Positions 8,188-19,292 are shown, numbered from the stretch's first letter. The stretch is DNA of 64,000 nucleotides from an uncultured Desulfarculus sp. (GCA_963665125.2 CAXXUK010000001.1:896001-960000); one strand, 5' to 3'. The notes: generated by a model not told the origin, from the sequence alone. Program-made: numbers and translations.

Positions 8188-11100
8188 ATGAGGGTCAAAC
8201 GCCTGGAAATCAACGGCTTCAAATCTTTTGCCGACCGTTCGGTCCTCGATTTTCCCGAGGGCCTTTGCGCGGTGGTGGGCCCCAACGGCTGCGGCAAGTC
8301 CAACGTGGTCGACGCCATCCGCTGGGTTTTGGGCGAACAGTCGGCACGCCAACTTCGCGGCCAAGCCATGGAAGACGTTTTGTTCAACGGGGCCCAGCGG
8401 CAAAAGCCCACCGGCCTGGCCGAGGTCTCCATCGTCTTTGAAAACAACGGCTCCATTTCTGCGCCCCAGTTCGCCGACCTCAGCGAAATCGCCGTCACCC
8501 GGCGGCTCTACCGCAACGGCGACAGCGAATACATGATCAACAAGCGCTCCTGCCGCCTCAAGGACATCCAGCAACTGCTCATGGACACCGGTCTGGGCAA
8601 CCGGGCCTACGCCATCATTGAGCAGGGCAAGGTGGCTTCGTTCATCGACGCCAGGCCCGAGGAGCGCCGCCTGTGGGTGGAAGAGGCCGCCGGCATCACC
8701 CGCTACAAAAACCAGAAGAAGCTCAGCCTCAAGAAGATGGCCGGGGCCCAGGAAAACATGGACCGGCTCAGCGATATCATCCTCGAGGTCGAGACCCAGA
8801 TGCAGCGCCTGCAACGCCAAGCCAAAAAGGCCCTGCTGCACAAGGATCTGCGCGATCAGATCCAGGAACTTGACCTGCGCATCGGCAGCCACGAATACAT
8901 GGCTCTGGGCGAGAGCATCGGCGAAACCCGAGCCGAATTGGACGCGGTGACCGCCCAACTTGAAGTGACCGGCGGCCGCTCGACCAGCTTGGAAACGGAA
9001 CTGGAAAGCGCCCGCCTGGCCATGGTCGAGGCCGAAAAACTCATCGAACAGGCCGGAGCAAGCCGCCTGGAGGTCCAGGGATCGATCCAGCGGGCCGAAA
9101 ACGAACTGACCCTGCTGGGACGCGAGGCCGAGAACCTGAGGCGTCTGGGAGAGCGGCTAGGCGGCGAGAAGAACGAACTGGATCAGCGCCTGAAGACCAT
9201 GCAGGCCGACCAGGTAAAGGCCGCCCGCAAGGCCGAGAAATACAGCGCCGAGGCCGAGGAGGGCAAGCGCCTGGCCGAGGAAGCCGCGGACCTGGTCCTG
9301 GCCGCCCAGGAGGCCGTGCGGGTGCACCAGAACCGGGCCGACGAGGCCAAGAACCAGGTGGTGGACCACCTGTCCCGCCGGGGGCAGATCAACAACCGCC
9401 TGGGCGATCTGGAGCGCCGCGAAACCGAGATGCGCCGCCGCCAGGAGCAACTGGCCCAGCGCCGGGCCGACATGGAAGAGGAACTGGCCGCTCTGGACGA
9501 CCAGGCCGGCCAGGCCCTGAACGAGCTGGACGACAAGGCCGCCGAAATCCAACGCTTCGAGGAAAAGATCGAGCATATCCACGGCCAGACCGACGCCTTG
9601 GCCGAGGAACTGGCCGTGCAGCGCCGTCGGGAGCAGGAGGCCGCCCGCAAACGCCACGGCTTGGCCGCCGGGGTGGAGGCCCTGCAGATGAGCCTGGGCT
9701 CCCTGGATTGGGCCGCCGAGGCCGTCCGCGAGGTGATCAGCGCCCAGGAAACCGGCGGACTGCCCGTTGAAACACTGGGTCTGGTTGCCCAGCGCATCGA
9801 GGCCGGTCCGGGCCGGGAAGATCTGGCCGCCGCCGCCTTTGGGCCTTATTTCCAGGCCGTGATAACCAAGACCGCGACCGACGCCAAGGACCTGGCCGCC
9901 TGGGCCGCGGAAAAACAGATCGGGCGTCTGCACATCGTGGCCCTGGATGCCTTGGACGCCGACGGCGAAAATACGCCCCTTGGCGCTCAACCGGCCGCGG
10001 GCCTGGTCAAGTTCGCTCAGGGCTTCGAGTCCTTGGGCGGCCTGCTGGCCCTGGTGGGCTGGTGCCCGGACGATTCCGCGGCCTGGGCCGTGGCCGCGTC
10101 GCTGACGCCCGGCCAGGCCATCGTGGCTCCGGGCGGCCTGCGCCTGGATGGGCCTGCCGCCATTTCCGCCGGGGTTGCCGAAGGCCAGGGCGGCGGGGCG
10201 ATCCTGGCCCAGCGCAATGAGTTGCAAAAGCGCCGCGCCGAATTGGGAGAGGCCCAACGCGACCTGGATGACATCTCCCTGGCCATCGAGGATTTACAAA
10301 TCCGGGCCGGTGAGTTGGAATCCAATAAAAGGCTTCTCGAGGAGCAGCTGCGGGGCCTGCAACAGGAGCTTCAGCGGGCCAGGCAGCAGGTAGCCCAGAT
10401 AGAGCAGGGCGCGGCCCAGCACCGACGCCAGCTGGAGGGCCTGGAATTCGACAACCTCGAATCCAGCGAGGCCCTGGCCGATCTGCGACAGGAGCGCGAG
10501 CAACTGGAAGACGAGGCCGGCCAGCTCGACGACCGCCATGCCCGTTTGGAACAAGAACTTACTCTGGCCCAGGAGATATTGGTTCAGAAACGCGAGGACC
10601 TGGAAGACGCAAGAGGCCGGGAGAGCGAGGTCAAGCTCATGGCCGCCTCCAGGGGCAGCGAGGCCGAACACGCGGTGCAGGAGGCCAAGCGACTGTCCCG
10701 CGAAGTGGAGCACTCCGGTCAGCGGGCCGCGTCCCTGGCCGAGGAGATAGCCGGGACCGCCGCCTCGGTGGAGTCGCTGTTAAAGCGGCGGGAGAACGAG
10801 CAGATTCGCCTGGGCGGCCTTTACGAGACCATGGACCGGCAGGAGGAGGCCTACAAACAGGCCAGGGATTCCCACGCCGGTATCCAGGCCAAGGCCCAGT
10901 CCCTGGAGGCCGAGATCAAGCAGGTGCGGGTGACGCTCAAGGAGGTTGAAACCAGGCACCAGGAGCTTGACTTTCAGCGCCGGGAACTGGAAATGCGCCG
11001 GGGCCAGCTCCGCGAGCAGGTCATGGACCGCTGCCGCATTGACCTAGCCAATGAGGCCATGGCCCATCTGCCCGACAAGGCATTTGAACCGGAAAACGCC

Positions 11101-11754
11101 AGACTGCGCCTGGACAAGCTTCGGGTGCGCCTGGGCCGCCTGGGCCCGGTGAACATGGAGGCCATCAGCGAGCACGAGGCCCTCAAGGAGCGCCATGAAT
11201 TCCTGACCGGGCAGAGGGCCGATCTGGAGGAATCCCTGGAAGACCTGCGCCGGGCCATCCGCAAGATCAACAAGACCAGCCGCAACCGCTTCACCGAGAC
11301 CCTGGACGAGGTCAACGACCGCCTGGGTACGGTGTTTCCGGTGTTGTTCGGCGGGGGCACGGCCAAGCTTGTCCTGGACGAAGGCGTCGATCCCCTGGAG
11401 GCCGGCCTGCACCTGATGGTCGAGCCGCCGGGCAAAAAGGTCAAAAACCTAGAAGCACTCAGCGGCGGCGAAAAGGCTCTTTCGGCCGTGGCCGTGCTGT
11501 TCGCCCTGTTCCTGATCCGGCCCGCGCCGTTCTGCATCCTCGACGAGGTGGACGCGCCCCTGGACGAGGCCAACACGGGCCGCTTCCTGGACCTGGTGCG
11601 CGATCTCGGCGGACGCTCCCAGATTGTCACCATTACCCACAACCGCCGGACCATGGAAATCATGGATACACTCTACGGCGTGACCATGGAAGAGCGGGGC
11701 GTGAGCAAGCTGTTGACCGTGACCCTGGCCGAAGGATCGTCCATGGCCGCATGA
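8188..11754 (+). CDS. smc: Chromosome segregation protein SMC
   Basis: GFKSF, Walker A GPNGCGKSN, long coiled coils with a hinge region, LSGGEK signature, LDEVDAPLD Walker B. Confidence 0.97.
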   Translation: MRVKRLEINGFKSFADRSVLDFPEGLCAVVGPNGCGKSNVVDAIRWVLGEQSARQLRGQAMEDVLFNGAQRQKPTGLAEVSIVFENNGSISAPQFADLSEIAVTRRLYRNGDSEYMINKRSCRLKDIQQLLMDTGLGNRAYAIIEQGKVASFIDARPEERRLWVEEAAGITRYKNQKKLSLKKMAGAQENMDRLSDIILEVETQMQRLQRQAKKALLHKDLRDQIQELDLRIGSHEYMALGESIGETRAELDAVTAQLEVTGGRSTSLETELESARLAMVEAEKLIEQAGASRLEVQGSIQRAENELTLLGREAENLRRLGERLGGEKNELDQRLKTMQADQVKAARKAEKYSAEAEEGKRLAEEAADLVLAAQEAVRVHQNRADEAKNQVVDHLSRRGQINNRLGDLERRETEMRRRQEQLAQRRADMEEELAALDDQAGQALNELDDKAAEIQRFEEKIEHIHGQTDALAEELAVQRRREQEAARKRHGLAAGVEALQMSLGSLDWAAEAVREVISAQETGGLPVETLGLVAQRIEAGPGREDLAAAAFGPYFQAVITKTATDAKDLAAWAAEKQIGRLHIVALDALDADGENTPLGAQPAAGLVKFAQGFESLGGLLALVGWCPDDSAAWAVAASLTPGQAIVAPGGLRLDGPAAISAGVAEGQGGGAILAQRNELQKRRAELGEAQRDLDDISLAIEDLQIRAGELESNKRLLEEQLRGLQQELQRARQQVAQIEQGAAQHRRQLEGLEFDNLESSEALADLRQEREQLEDEAGQLDDRHARLEQELTLAQEILVQKREDLEDARGRESEVKLMAASRGSEAEHAVQEAKRLSREVEHSGQRAASLAEEIAGTAASVESLLKRRENEQIRLGGLYETMDRQEEAYKQARDSHAGIQAKAQSLEAEIKQVRVTLKEVETRHQELDFQRRELEMRRGQLREQVMDRCRIDLANEAMAHLPDKAFEPENARLRLDKLRVRLGRLGPVNMEAISEHEALKERHEFLTGQRADLEESLEDLRRAIRKINKTSRNRFTETLDEVNDRLGTVFPVLFGGGTAKLVLDEGVDPLEAGLHLMVEPPGKKVKNLEALSGGEKALSAVAVLFALFLIRPAPFCILDEVDAPLDEANTGRFLDLVRDLGGRSQIVTITHNRRTMEIMDTLYGVTMEERGVSKLLTVTLAEGSSMAA

Positions 11755-11841
11755 CGGCCTTGACGCGGGGACCCAGGCACTTTAAATTTGCAGGGCGGGC
11801 CGCTTCCGGTCCGCTCTAACTATGTTGAGGGGATTGCCGCG

Positions 11842-13056
11842 ATGGGCATCTTTGGATTTGGACGCAAGAAGAAACAAAAAGAGCTCGAGGCCGAACAGGC
11901 CAAACAAGAGCAGGAAATAGCGGAGCAGGAAGAGGCGCCGGAGGATTCGGAGGACGAAACCGCTGAAGACGCGGGGCAAACGGCCCATGCCCAGGAGTCC
12001 GAGGCCGTTGTTGACGAGCTTCCCGAGCCGGAACGCGAACCAGAGCCCGAACCGGAGCCTGAACCAGAGCCGGAAATTGAACCAGAACCCGAGTCTGAGT
12101 TCGAGCCCGAGTCTGAACCAGAGCCGGAGCCTGAACCCAAAGCCAAGCGCAAGGGCCTTTTCGCCCGCATGGCCGACCGCCTGGGCAAGACCAGGGATAA
12201 GATCGGCGGTTCCATCGAGCGGGCCACCCTGGGCAAGACTATTGACGAAGACGTCCTGGACGAGCTCGAGGAGATTCTGGTTACCGCCGACCTGGGCGTA
12301 AAGACTTCCACGGCGCTGATCGAAAACCTCAGGGGCAAGGTCAAACGCAAGGAGCTAAACGACGTCGAGGCCCTGAAAACCGCCCTGCGCCAGGGCATCG
12401 AAGATATCTTCGCCAAAACTCCCGCGCTGCCCCAACGGGAGAACAAACCCCACGTGATCATGGTGGTGGGCGTCAACGGCGTGGGCAAGACCACCACCAT
12501 AGGCAAGCTGGCCCATCAGTTGCGGCAGCAGGGCAACAGCGTGCTCATGGGCGCGGCCGACACCTTCCGTGCCGCCGCGGCCGAGCAACTGGAGATCTGG
12601 TCCAAACGAGCCGGATGTCAGATAGTGCGCCAGAGCGAAGGCGCCGACCCCTCGGCCGTGGCCTACGACGCGGTGGACGCCGCCGTTAACCGGGGCGTGG
12701 ATATCGCAATCATCGACACGGCCGGCCGCCTGCACACCAAGGTCAACCTCATGGACGAACTGCGCAAGATCCATAGGGTCATCGGCAAAAAGATGGAGGG
12801 CGCGCCCCACGAGGTGATTTTGGTGCTGGATTCCACCACCGGCCAAAACGCTCTGAGCCAGGCCAAGTTGTTCAACGAGGCCGTGCCCCTGACAGGCCTG
12901 GTGCTGACCAAGCTCGACGGCACGGCCAAGGGCGGGGTGGCCGTGGCCATCGCCTCGGAGCTTGATCTGCCCATCGCCTATGTGGGCCTTGGAGAGAGCA
13001 TCGAAGACCTACGGCCCTTTGACGCCAAGGAATTTGCCCTGGCGGTGTTCGGCTAG
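11842..13056 (+). CDS. ftsY: SRP receptor FtsY with acidic N-terminal domain
   Basis: [37 protein letters not shown]. Confidence 0.97.
   Translation: MGIFGFGRKKKQKELEAEQAKQEQEIAEQEEAPEDSEDETAEDAGQTAHAQESEAVVDELPEPEREPEPEPEPEPEPEIEPEPESEFEPESEPEPEPEPKAKRKGLFARMADRLGKTRDKIGGSIERATLGKTIDEDVLDELEEILVTADLGVKTSTALIENLRGKVKRKELNDVEALKTALRQGIEDIFAKTPALPQRENKPHVIMVVGVNGVGKTTTIGKLAHQLRQQGNSVLMGAADTFRAAAAEQLEIWSKRAGCQIVRQSEGADPSAVAYDAVDAAVNRGVDIAIIDTAGRLHTKVNLMDELRKIHRVIGKKMEGAPHEVILVLDSTTGQNALSQAKLFNEAVPLTGLVLTKLDGTAKGGVAVAIASELDLPIAYVGLGESIEDLRPFDAKEFALAVFG
12022..12138 (+). repeat. Degenerate 6-bp coding repeat giving a (PE)n tract in the FtsY acidic domain
   Basis: ccc/gag/ccg/gaa/cca/gag... encodes [39 protein letters not shown]. 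Confidence 0.85.
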
Positions 13057-14234
13057 GCGCTCACCTCGCCGCAGACAATGGTCACGTTGATGCCGCCATG
13101 GGGCGCGTCGAAGCTGCGCTGGTCCTTGAGGCCCAGCATCTCGGCCCAGTGCGGTTTGTAGAGCACCACGCCGCAGCGCCAGCCCTTGTAGTTTTCGCGC
13201 AGGTGAGCGCCGATTTTGGCTATGGTGGCTTCCGCCTGCTTCACGCTGCCCAGGCGTTTGCCATAGGGCGGGTTCATCACGATGAGCCCCGGTCCCTGGG
13301 GGACGTCCGCCAGGAGAAAGTCTTTTTGCTCAAAGGCGATATCGTCGGTCACACCGGCCCGCTGGGCATTGTCCTTGGCCAACTCCAGGCCGCCCTTGGC
13401 CTTTTCTCCGGCCATGATCGGGCCGGGCGCGCGGTCGGCCACATACTCACGTGCCTGGCCCAGGATATGGTTCCAGGCCGCTTCGCGGTGGCAGGTCAAC
13501 TGCTCAAAGGCGAACCGTCGGTTCAGGCCGGGGGCCATTTGCCTGGCGATCATGGCCGCTTCGATGGGCAGGGCTCCGCTGCCGCACATGGGATCGATGA
13601 GCGGCTCCACTCCGTCATACCCGCAGAAAATGAGCATGGACGCGGCCAGGTCTTCCCGCAGGGGAGCCTTGCCTCCGGCCAGACGGTAGCCCCGGCGGTG
13701 CAGGTTTTCGCCGCTGGTGTCCAGGGAGATCATGCAGCGCCGGTCCACGGCCCGCACCTGAATCATAAAGGCGTCCTGGTCGTTACGGGCCTGCTCGGGC
13801 GGGGTCAGGCCCGCCTGTTTCATGTGCTTGGCCGCGGCCAGGAAAATTTCGTCGGCTATTCGGCCGGTGTGCCTGAGATTGCTTTGATGCAGGCTGACCC
13901 GCACCGCCAAAGCGCATCCCTGTCCCGGCAGGATCAGCTCCCAGGGGATATTGTCGGCATGGCGCAACAAATCGGCCCAGGAGCGCACGCGAAAGTCCTT
14001 CAGGCGCATCAGCACCCGGCCCGCGCTGCGCAGGTGCAGGTTGGCGGCGTATATGTCCTCGATGGACCCGGAAAACTCCACGCCGCCTTCCTGGATGTCC
14101 AGGCCGTTCATGCCCAGTTGGGAAAGCTCGGCCGCGCAGATCTGCTCCAGGCCGGGTTTGGTCACGGCGAAAAACTGATGTTCGGTGGCCCATATATGAC
14201 GCTTAATGCGTCGTTCTATGTTAATTTCAGGCAT
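13053..14234 (-). CDS. THUMP-domain class I SAM-dependent RNA methyltransferase (RlmL-like)
   Basis: [38 protein letters not shown]. Confidence 0.9.
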   Translation of the reverse strand: MPEINIERRIKRHIWATEHQFFAVTKPGLEQICAAELSQLGMNGLDIQEGGVEFSGSIEDIYAANLHLRSAGRVLMRLKDFRVRSWADLLRHADNIPWELILPGQGCALAVRVSLHQSNLRHTGRIADEIFLAAAKHMKQAGLTPPEQARNDQDAFMIQVRAVDRRCMISLDTSGENLHRRGYRLAGGKAPLREDLAASMLIFCGYDGVEPLIDPMCGSGALPIEAAMIARQMAPGLNRRFAFEQLTCHREAAWNHILGQAREYVADRAPGPIMAGEKAKGGLELAKDNAQRAGVTDDIAFEQKDFLLADVPQGPGLIVMNPPYGKRLGSVKQAEATIAKIGAHLRENYKGWRCGVVLYKPHWAEMLGLKDQRSFDAPHGGINVTIVCGEVSA

Positions 14235-14282
14235 AATTCCGCCGTGTGAAATTGGTCAAAGGTAAAAGGTAAGAGGAGTGTA

Positions 14283-14555
14283 ATGGATTTAAAGGTCCTG
14301 GCAACAACATTCGGAGCAATTTTTTTGGCCGAGCTGGGCGACAAGACCCAGTTGGCCTGCATAATGATGGCCTCCAAGACCGGCAAACCGTGGACTGTGT
14401 TCGTGGGCACCTCTTTGGCCCTGGTGCTGGTGTCGCTTATAGGCGTGCTGTTTGCCCAGGTCGTTTCCGGCGTGCTGCCCACCGAGTGGATCAAGCGCAT
14501 CGCGGCCGTGGGCTTTATTATCATCGGCGTGCTGATGCTCATTGGCAAAATGTAG
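14283..14555 (+). CDS. TMEM165/GDT1 (UPF0016) family, half-size Mn/Ca exporter
   Basis: FLAELGDKTQL signature and three TM helices. Confidence 0.9.
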   Translation: MDLKVLATTFGAIFLAELGDKTQLACIMMASKTGKPWTVFVGTSLALVLVSLIGVLFAQVVSGVLPTEWIKRIAAVGFIIIGVLMLIGKM

Positions 14556-14562
14556 TCAAAAG

Positions 14563-14602
14563 AAAACACCGGCCACCTCAACAGTAGCCGGTGTTTTTAT
14601 TT
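14563..14602. terminator. Bidirectional intrinsic terminator
   Basis: AAAACACCGGC...GCCGGTGTTTT stem flanked by A and T tracts between convergent genes. Confidence 0.75.
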
Positions 14603-14687
14603 TGGTGCCGTGGGCCGGATTTGAACCGGCACGGGTCTCCCCACCGCCCCCTCAAGACGGCGTGTCTACCTATTCCACCACCACGGC
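14603..14687 (-). tRNA. tRNA-Leu (anticodon GAG), CCA encoded
   Basis: Reverse complement GCCGTGG TGGTGGAATAGGTAGACAC G CCGTC TTGAGGG GGCGG, long variable arm, GCCGG TTCAAAT CCGGC CCACGGC ACCA; usual position after secG. Confidence 0.97.
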
Positions 14688-14693
14688 GTTTTA

Positions 14694-15176
14694 TTACTTT
14701 TTGTCAGCCTTTGCCGGAGCATCGGTTGATTTTGCCGCGGGAGCGTCGGCCTTGGCCGGTGCTGTTGTTTGCTCGGTGGCAGGCGCGGCAGCCTGGGCCG
14801 TTGCTTCGGTCTTTTGCTCTTCCACAGCCTGGCTCTGGGCCGGGGCGGTAGTCGCGGCGGCCTGATTGGTCTGCTCGGCCGCGGCCGTGGCGGCCTGGGT
14901 GGCTGCCGGGGCCTGCTGGGCGGTGTCCTGCATCAGCGAAGAACTACTGCTGCCAAGGGAGCCGACCGACAGGACCAACGAGGTGATCATGAAGATTATG
15001 GCCACCGCAGTAGTCAGTTTGCCTAAAAAGGTCTGAGCCCCTGTACTGCCGAACACGGTCTGGGAAGCTCCGCCGAAAGCGGCACCCAGCGAGGCGCCTT
15101 TACCGGTTTGCAGCAGAACAACCAGCACCATGATGATGCAGGCCAGCAGATGGATCGTTATCATCGCGATTTGCAT
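14694..15176 (-). CDS. secG: Preprotein translocase subunit SecG
   Basis: VLLQTGKGASLGAAFGG...FLGKLT, with an Ala/Thr-rich tail. Confidence 0.95.
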   Translation of the reverse strand: MQIAMITIHLLACIIMVLVVLLQTGKGASLGAAFGGASQTVFGSTGAQTFLGKLTTAVAIIFMITSLVLSVGSLGSSSSSLMQDTAQQAPAATQAATAAAEQTNQAAATTAPAQSQAVEEQKTEATAQAAAPATEQTTAPAKADAPAAKSTDAPAKADKK

Positions 15177-15197
15177 TTACGCGTTCCCATTATGAGT

Positions 15198-15950
15198 CTA
15201 TGCGGCCGCAATTATACCAAGGAAACTCTCGGCTTCAAGTGATGCGCCACCCACTAAAGCGCCATCCACATCCGGTTGACGCAAAAGACCGGCCGCGTTG
15301 GCCGGCTTGACACTACCTCCATACAGGATTCTGCAAGAGTTCGCAACATCATTGTCAAAGTTTTGTGCCATCCAGGCGCGGATAAATGCATGAGTCTCCT
15401 GGGCTTGCTCGTCGGTGGCCGTTTCGCCGGTGCCGATGGCCCAAACCGGCTCGTAGGCCAGGATCAGGGTGGCGATGTCGCCAGCGCTGAAACCGGCCAA
15501 GCCGCCAGCCAGTTGCGAGGCCAGAACGCCCTCGGTTTTGCCGCCCTTGCGCTCGTCAATGGTCTCGCCGATGCACATCACCGGCACCAGGCCATGCTTG
15601 AGGGCCGCGCCGATGCGCAGGTTGACAGTCTTTTCCGTTTCGCCGAAATACTGTCGGCGTTCGGAATGACCGATGATCACATGGCTGGCTCCGGCGCTTT
15701 TGAGCATCGGGCCGCTGACCTCGGCGGTAAAGGCTCCCTGGTCTTGCCAATACAGGTTTTGGCCGCCGACCATTACCGGCGTGCCGGCCACGGCCTTGGC
15801 CACCTCTTCCAGGGCCAGGCTGTTGGGGCAAACGAGCACGTCGCAAGCCGGGTTATCTAGTCCTTTGGCCACGCCGGAGGCCAACTCCACGGCCTCGGGC
15901 ACGGTTTTGTACATCTTCCAGTTGCCGGCGATCATTATTTTTCGGCTCAT
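15198..15950 (-). CDS. tpiA: Triosephosphate isomerase
   Basis: AGNWKM, GHSERR, AYEPVWAIGTG, YGGSVK, LVGGASL. Confidence 0.98.
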   Translation of the reverse strand: MSRKIMIAGNWKMYKTVPEAVELASGVAKGLDNPACDVLVCPNSLALEEVAKAVAGTPVMVGGQNLYWQDQGAFTAEVSGPMLKSAGASHVIIGHSERRQYFGETEKTVNLRIGAALKHGLVPVMCIGETIDERKGGKTEGVLASQLAGGLAGFSAGDIATLILAYEPVWAIGTGETATDEQAQETHAFIRAWMAQNFDNDVANSCRILYGGSVKPANAAGLLRQPDVDGALVGGASLEAESFLGIIAAA

Positions 15951-15966
15951 CAGTCCTCTCCCATGA

Positions 15967-17205
15967 TCAGCAAGGTTTAGTAAAGCACTTGTCGCCGCCT
16001 TCTCCTTCGATCTCCATGCCCGTGGCGCCGCCCAGGGCCGCAACCGCGGGCAGGGTGTCGCCGGTGAGCATGGCCAGGAACGCGCCGCCTCCGGTGGATA
16101 TGTAGCTGATGTTTTCCGTTTCGCCCATGCGGTGAATGGCCACGTCAGTGTCGCCGCCGCCGATGATGGTCAGGGCGTAGCTTTGGGCCACGGTGGAAAC
16201 CATGTTCAAGGTGCCGCGGCTGAACGCGTCCATCTCAAAGGCTCCCATGGGGCCGTTCCAGATGATGGTCTTGCAGTTGGCCAGGGCCTCGCGGTATAGC
16301 TGGCTGGTGGCCGGGCCGATGTCGAGGATCATCCAGTCCTTGGGAACTTCCTGCACCGTGGTGATCATTGTCTCGGCCTTGGGGTCGAACCGGTCGGCCA
16401 CCACGCAGTCGATGGGGATGTACATCTTTACGCCGAGTTCCTTGGCCTTGCGCAGCAGGCAGTTGGCCACCGGAACCAACTCGGGCTCGAACATGCTGTT
16501 GCCGACGTCATAGTCCACGCTTTTTAGGAAGGTGTTGGCCATGGCCCCGCCGATGACGATCTTGTTCACGTGGTTCATCAGGTTTTCCAGGGCCTCGAGC
16601 TTGGTCACGGCCTTGGCACCGCCGACCACCGCGGCCAGGGGCCGGGCCGGATCGACCATTGCCCGGCGGAAATACTCCAGCTCCTTTTTCATGGTGAAAC
16701 CGGCCACGCAAATCTTGGCGTATTCCGTGACGCCGACCACCGAGGCGTGGGCCCGGTGGGCCACGGCAAAGGCGTCATCGACATAGATGTCGCACAGATC
16801 GGCCAAGGCCTTGCTGAACTCGGGATCGTTTTTGGTCTCTCCCTCGTGATAGCGCAGGTTTTCCAGCATCATCACGCCGCCGTCGGGCAGTCCGTCGGCC
16901 AGCTTGGCCACATCCGGGCCGATGCAGTCAGGGGCCATGACGACGTCTTTTTTCAGCAAGCGGCCCAGACGGCGGGCCACCGGAGCCATGGACAGGCTGT
17001 CGACGCGTTTGCCTTTGGGGCGGCCCATGTGAGAGGCGACCAGAACCTTGGCGCCTTCGTCAAGCAGGTAGTTCAAAGACGGCAAAGCGGCGCGGATACG
17101 GTTGTCGTCGGCTATGTTGCGTTCTTCGTCCAGCGGAACGTTGAAATCGACCCTGATTAGGACTTTTTTGCCCTTTAGGTCATCCAACTGATTTAGGTAT
17201 TTCAC
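15967..17205 (-). CDS. pgk: Phosphoglycerate kinase (GTG start)
   Basis: [34 protein letters not shown]. Confidence 0.97.
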   Translation of the reverse strand: MKYLNQLDDLKGKKVLIRVDFNVPLDEERNIADDNRIRAALPSLNYLLDEGAKVLVASHMGRPKGKRVDSLSMAPVARRLGRLLKKDVVMAPDCIGPDVAKLADGLPDGGVMMLENLRYHEGETKNDPEFSKALADLCDIYVDDAFAVAHRAHASVVGVTEYAKICVAGFTMKKELEYFRRAMVDPARPLAAVVGGAKAVTKLEALENLMNHVNKIVIGGAMANTFLKSVDYDVGNSMFEPELVPVANCLLRKAKELGVKMYIPIDCVVADRFDPKAETMITTVQEVPKDWMILDIGPATSQLYREALANCKTIIWNGPMGAFEMDAFSRGTLNMVSTVAQSYALTIIGGGDTDVAIHRMGETENISYISTGGGAFLAMLTGDTLPAVAALGGATGMEIEGEGGDKCFTKPC

Positions 17206-17396
17206 TATAGCACTCCCATTTCAGGCGAGGCCGGTCCGTGGGTGTTGGCAACTCGAAGCGTGCCGAACACCGGGCTGACTCGGCGTGTCATTGGCCGATG
17301 CGCCGCCGCCACGGCATGCACGGTCAAATGGCGTTTGTTTTCGGAAAGCCGTTAACCGGCTAATCCCCTAGAATTTTCCAGGTTAAATCAAGGCTG

Positions 17397-17425
17397 ATTA
17401 TACGATGGATTCAGGACCGACTCAA
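17397..17425 (-). promoter_or_regulatory. Sigma70-type promoter for pgk-tpiA-secG
   Basis: TTGAGT-17 nt-TATAAT on the minus strand. Confidence 0.6.
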
Positions 17426-17431
17426 TTGTTT

Positions 17432-17905
17432 TCACTGCCGATTTGATTCGTGTACACCTGAGGAACCCAGGGCATCCAGGTCACATGCCATAACAAGGGC
17501 CTCTTCGTTTTCGGGCTGGTAATAGCCGGGTCTGACGCCGGTGTGGACAAAGCCCAGGGAACGGTACAACTCCAGGGCGTGTGTGTTGCTGGGGCGCACT
17601 TCCAGGGTGGCCCGCTTGAAACCGATCTCCGCGGCGCGGCGCAAACCGGCAAGCATCAGTAAGCGGCCCACGCCCTGTCCGCGGTAGTCCTGGTGCACGG
17701 CCAGATTTTGGATCTGCACGGTTTGTTTGCTGTTTTCGCGCCACAATATCAGATAGCCGATGATCCGCTGGGAGGGCAGGGCCATGGCCACCATAGGCAT
17801 GCCGCACGGGTGCAGGATATGGGCGTGGAAAAACTTGTCCGGCCACGGCGTTGAAAAAGACGCCCGCTCAATGAAGCCGACCTGACCCACGTGGCTCGGA
17901 TGCAT
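17432..17905 (-). CDS. rimI: RimI-like GNAT N-acetyltransferase (start uncertain)
   Basis: IERASFSTPW, NLAVHQDYRGQGVG, LEVRPSN, RPGYY...EEALVM. Confidence 0.85.
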   Translation of the reverse strand: MHPSHVGQVGFIERASFSTPWPDKFFHAHILHPCGMPMVAMALPSQRIIGYLILWRENSKQTVQIQNLAVHQDYRGQGVGRLLMLAGLRRAAEIGFKRATLEVRPSNTHALELYRSLGFVHTGVRPGYYQPENEEALVMACDLDALGSSGVHESNRQ

Positions 17906-17945
17906 TCGGGCGGTTATTACGGAGGCGCCGCCGGATATTTTCAAC

Positions 17946-18344
17946 TCAGGAGTTGAGAAGTTCACCGGCAACGGAGATCGCATCTTGACCGGCTTTGCAC
18001 ACGAGCCGGCCCAGATCGCCGAGTTTGACGTTTTTACGACCCGTGGCAGCCTTGATCAGCATGGGCAGATTTACGCCCGTGGCAACCTCTACCCGGCCTT
18101 CCTCAAGGTAGGCCAGGGAGATGTTGTTGGGCGTGCCGCCGAACATGTCGGTCAGCACCAGCACGCCGTCGCCATCGTCCAGGCTGGCCAGGGATTTTTC
18201 AATGTGAGCGCTTAGTTGATCGGTTTTGGTTTGCGGTTCCAGGCTGATCGTGTCAATACGGTCTATCTTGCCGAGAATAAATTCAGCCGCGTTGACCAGT
18301 TCCCGGCCAAGGCGCGCATGGGTTATTACCAAAATACCGATCAC
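17946..18344 (-). CDS. PTS mannose/fructose-type EIIA component
   Basis: IGILVITH, VLTDMFGGTPNN, GVNLPML; GTG start at 18344. Confidence 0.9.
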   Translation of the reverse strand: MIGILVITHARLGRELVNAAEFILGKIDRIDTISLEPQTKTDQLSAHIEKSLASLDDGDGVLVLTDMFGGTPNNISLAYLEEGRVEVATGVNLPMLIKAATGRKNVKLGDLGRLVCKAGQDAISVAGELLNS

Positions 18345-18354
18345 GTTAAAGCTC

Positions 18355-19239
18355 TCAATCCAGGTCGCGGTGCCTGACAAAAGTGGGCAGTTCTTCTGAT
18401 TTTAACTCGGAGTGGAGCCATTTTGCCAGTGCCACGCTACGGTGGCGTCCACCAGTGCAACCAATTGCAATTGTAAGGCGGCTTTTTCCTTCAGCCTGGT
18501 ATTGGGGTATCAGAAACGAAAGCATGTCTAATAAATGCTTTTGGAACTGTTTGGTGACCTTTTCCTTGAATACATAATCGGCAACCGGTTTGTCCAGGCC
18601 TGTTTGCGGCCGCAACTCGTCGACAAAATGCGGATTGGGTAAAAATCGCACGTCAAAAACCAGATCAGCCTCGACCGGCAGTCCCTTTTTAAAACCGAAA
18701 GACATGATGTTGATACGCATGCCCGCGGTTATGTTGTTTTCCCTGAACATGTCGCCGATTGCTTTGCGTAATTGGTGAATGGTCAGGTTGGACGTGTCCA
18801 GGATCTGGGTGGCGATGGCCTTGATGGGCTCCATCAAGGCCCGTTCACGGCTGATGCCGGTGGCCAGGGAGACGTCTTGGCCGCCGGCCAGGGGATGCAC
18901 GCGCCTTGTTTCGGAAAAGCGGCGGGTCAACACCTCGTCGGAGGCATCCAGAAACAGCAACTCAAGATTAAAGCCGCGTTGCGCTAGATTCTGGAATACG
19001 GCGGGAAAAACCTCGGGGAAGCGGTGGCCCCTGATGTCCATGCCCATGACGGCCTTGAAAGCATCGTCCAGGCGTTTTACAGGCAGATTGACAAAGGCGG
19101 GCAACAACTGGGGCGGCAGGTTGTCCACGGCGTAAAAGCCGATGTCTTCCATGGCCTTTAGAACCGAGCTTTTACCGGAACCGGAAAGACCCGTGACAAC
19201 CACGAAGCGGGCTTGTTCTGTTTCCAGGTGTTTGGCCAT
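18355..19239 (-). CDS. rapZ: RNase adapter RapZ
   Basis: TGLSGSGKS, VDNLP, RRFSETRRVHPL, DVRFLPNP, GCTGGRHRS. Confidence 0.95.
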   Translation of the reverse strand: MAKHLETEQARFVVVTGLSGSGKSSVLKAMEDIGFYAVDNLPPQLLPAFVNLPVKRLDDAFKAVMGMDIRGHRFPEVFPAVFQNLAQRGFNLELLFLDASDEVLTRRFSETRRVHPLAGGQDVSLATGISRERALMEPIKAIATQILDTSNLTIHQLRKAIGDMFRENNITAGMRINIMSFGFKKGLPVEADLVFDVRFLPNPHFVDELRPQTGLDKPVADYVFKEKVTKQFQKHLLDMLSFLIPQYQAEGKSRLTIAIGCTGGRHRSVALAKWLHSELKSEELPTFVRHRDLD

Positions 19240-19292
19240 ATTGCTTCCCACCGCTCATAACCGTTGCCGGTACTTTCCGGGTCGGCTGTTCG

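Noticed and set aside
12022..12138. (PE)n repeat as a novel element
   Set aside because: Acidic low-complexity N-termini are ordinary for FtsY, and the codons are diversified.
14603..14687. tRNA-Leu as an integration site for a genomic island
   Set aside because: No integrase and no duplicated tRNA 3' end were seen.
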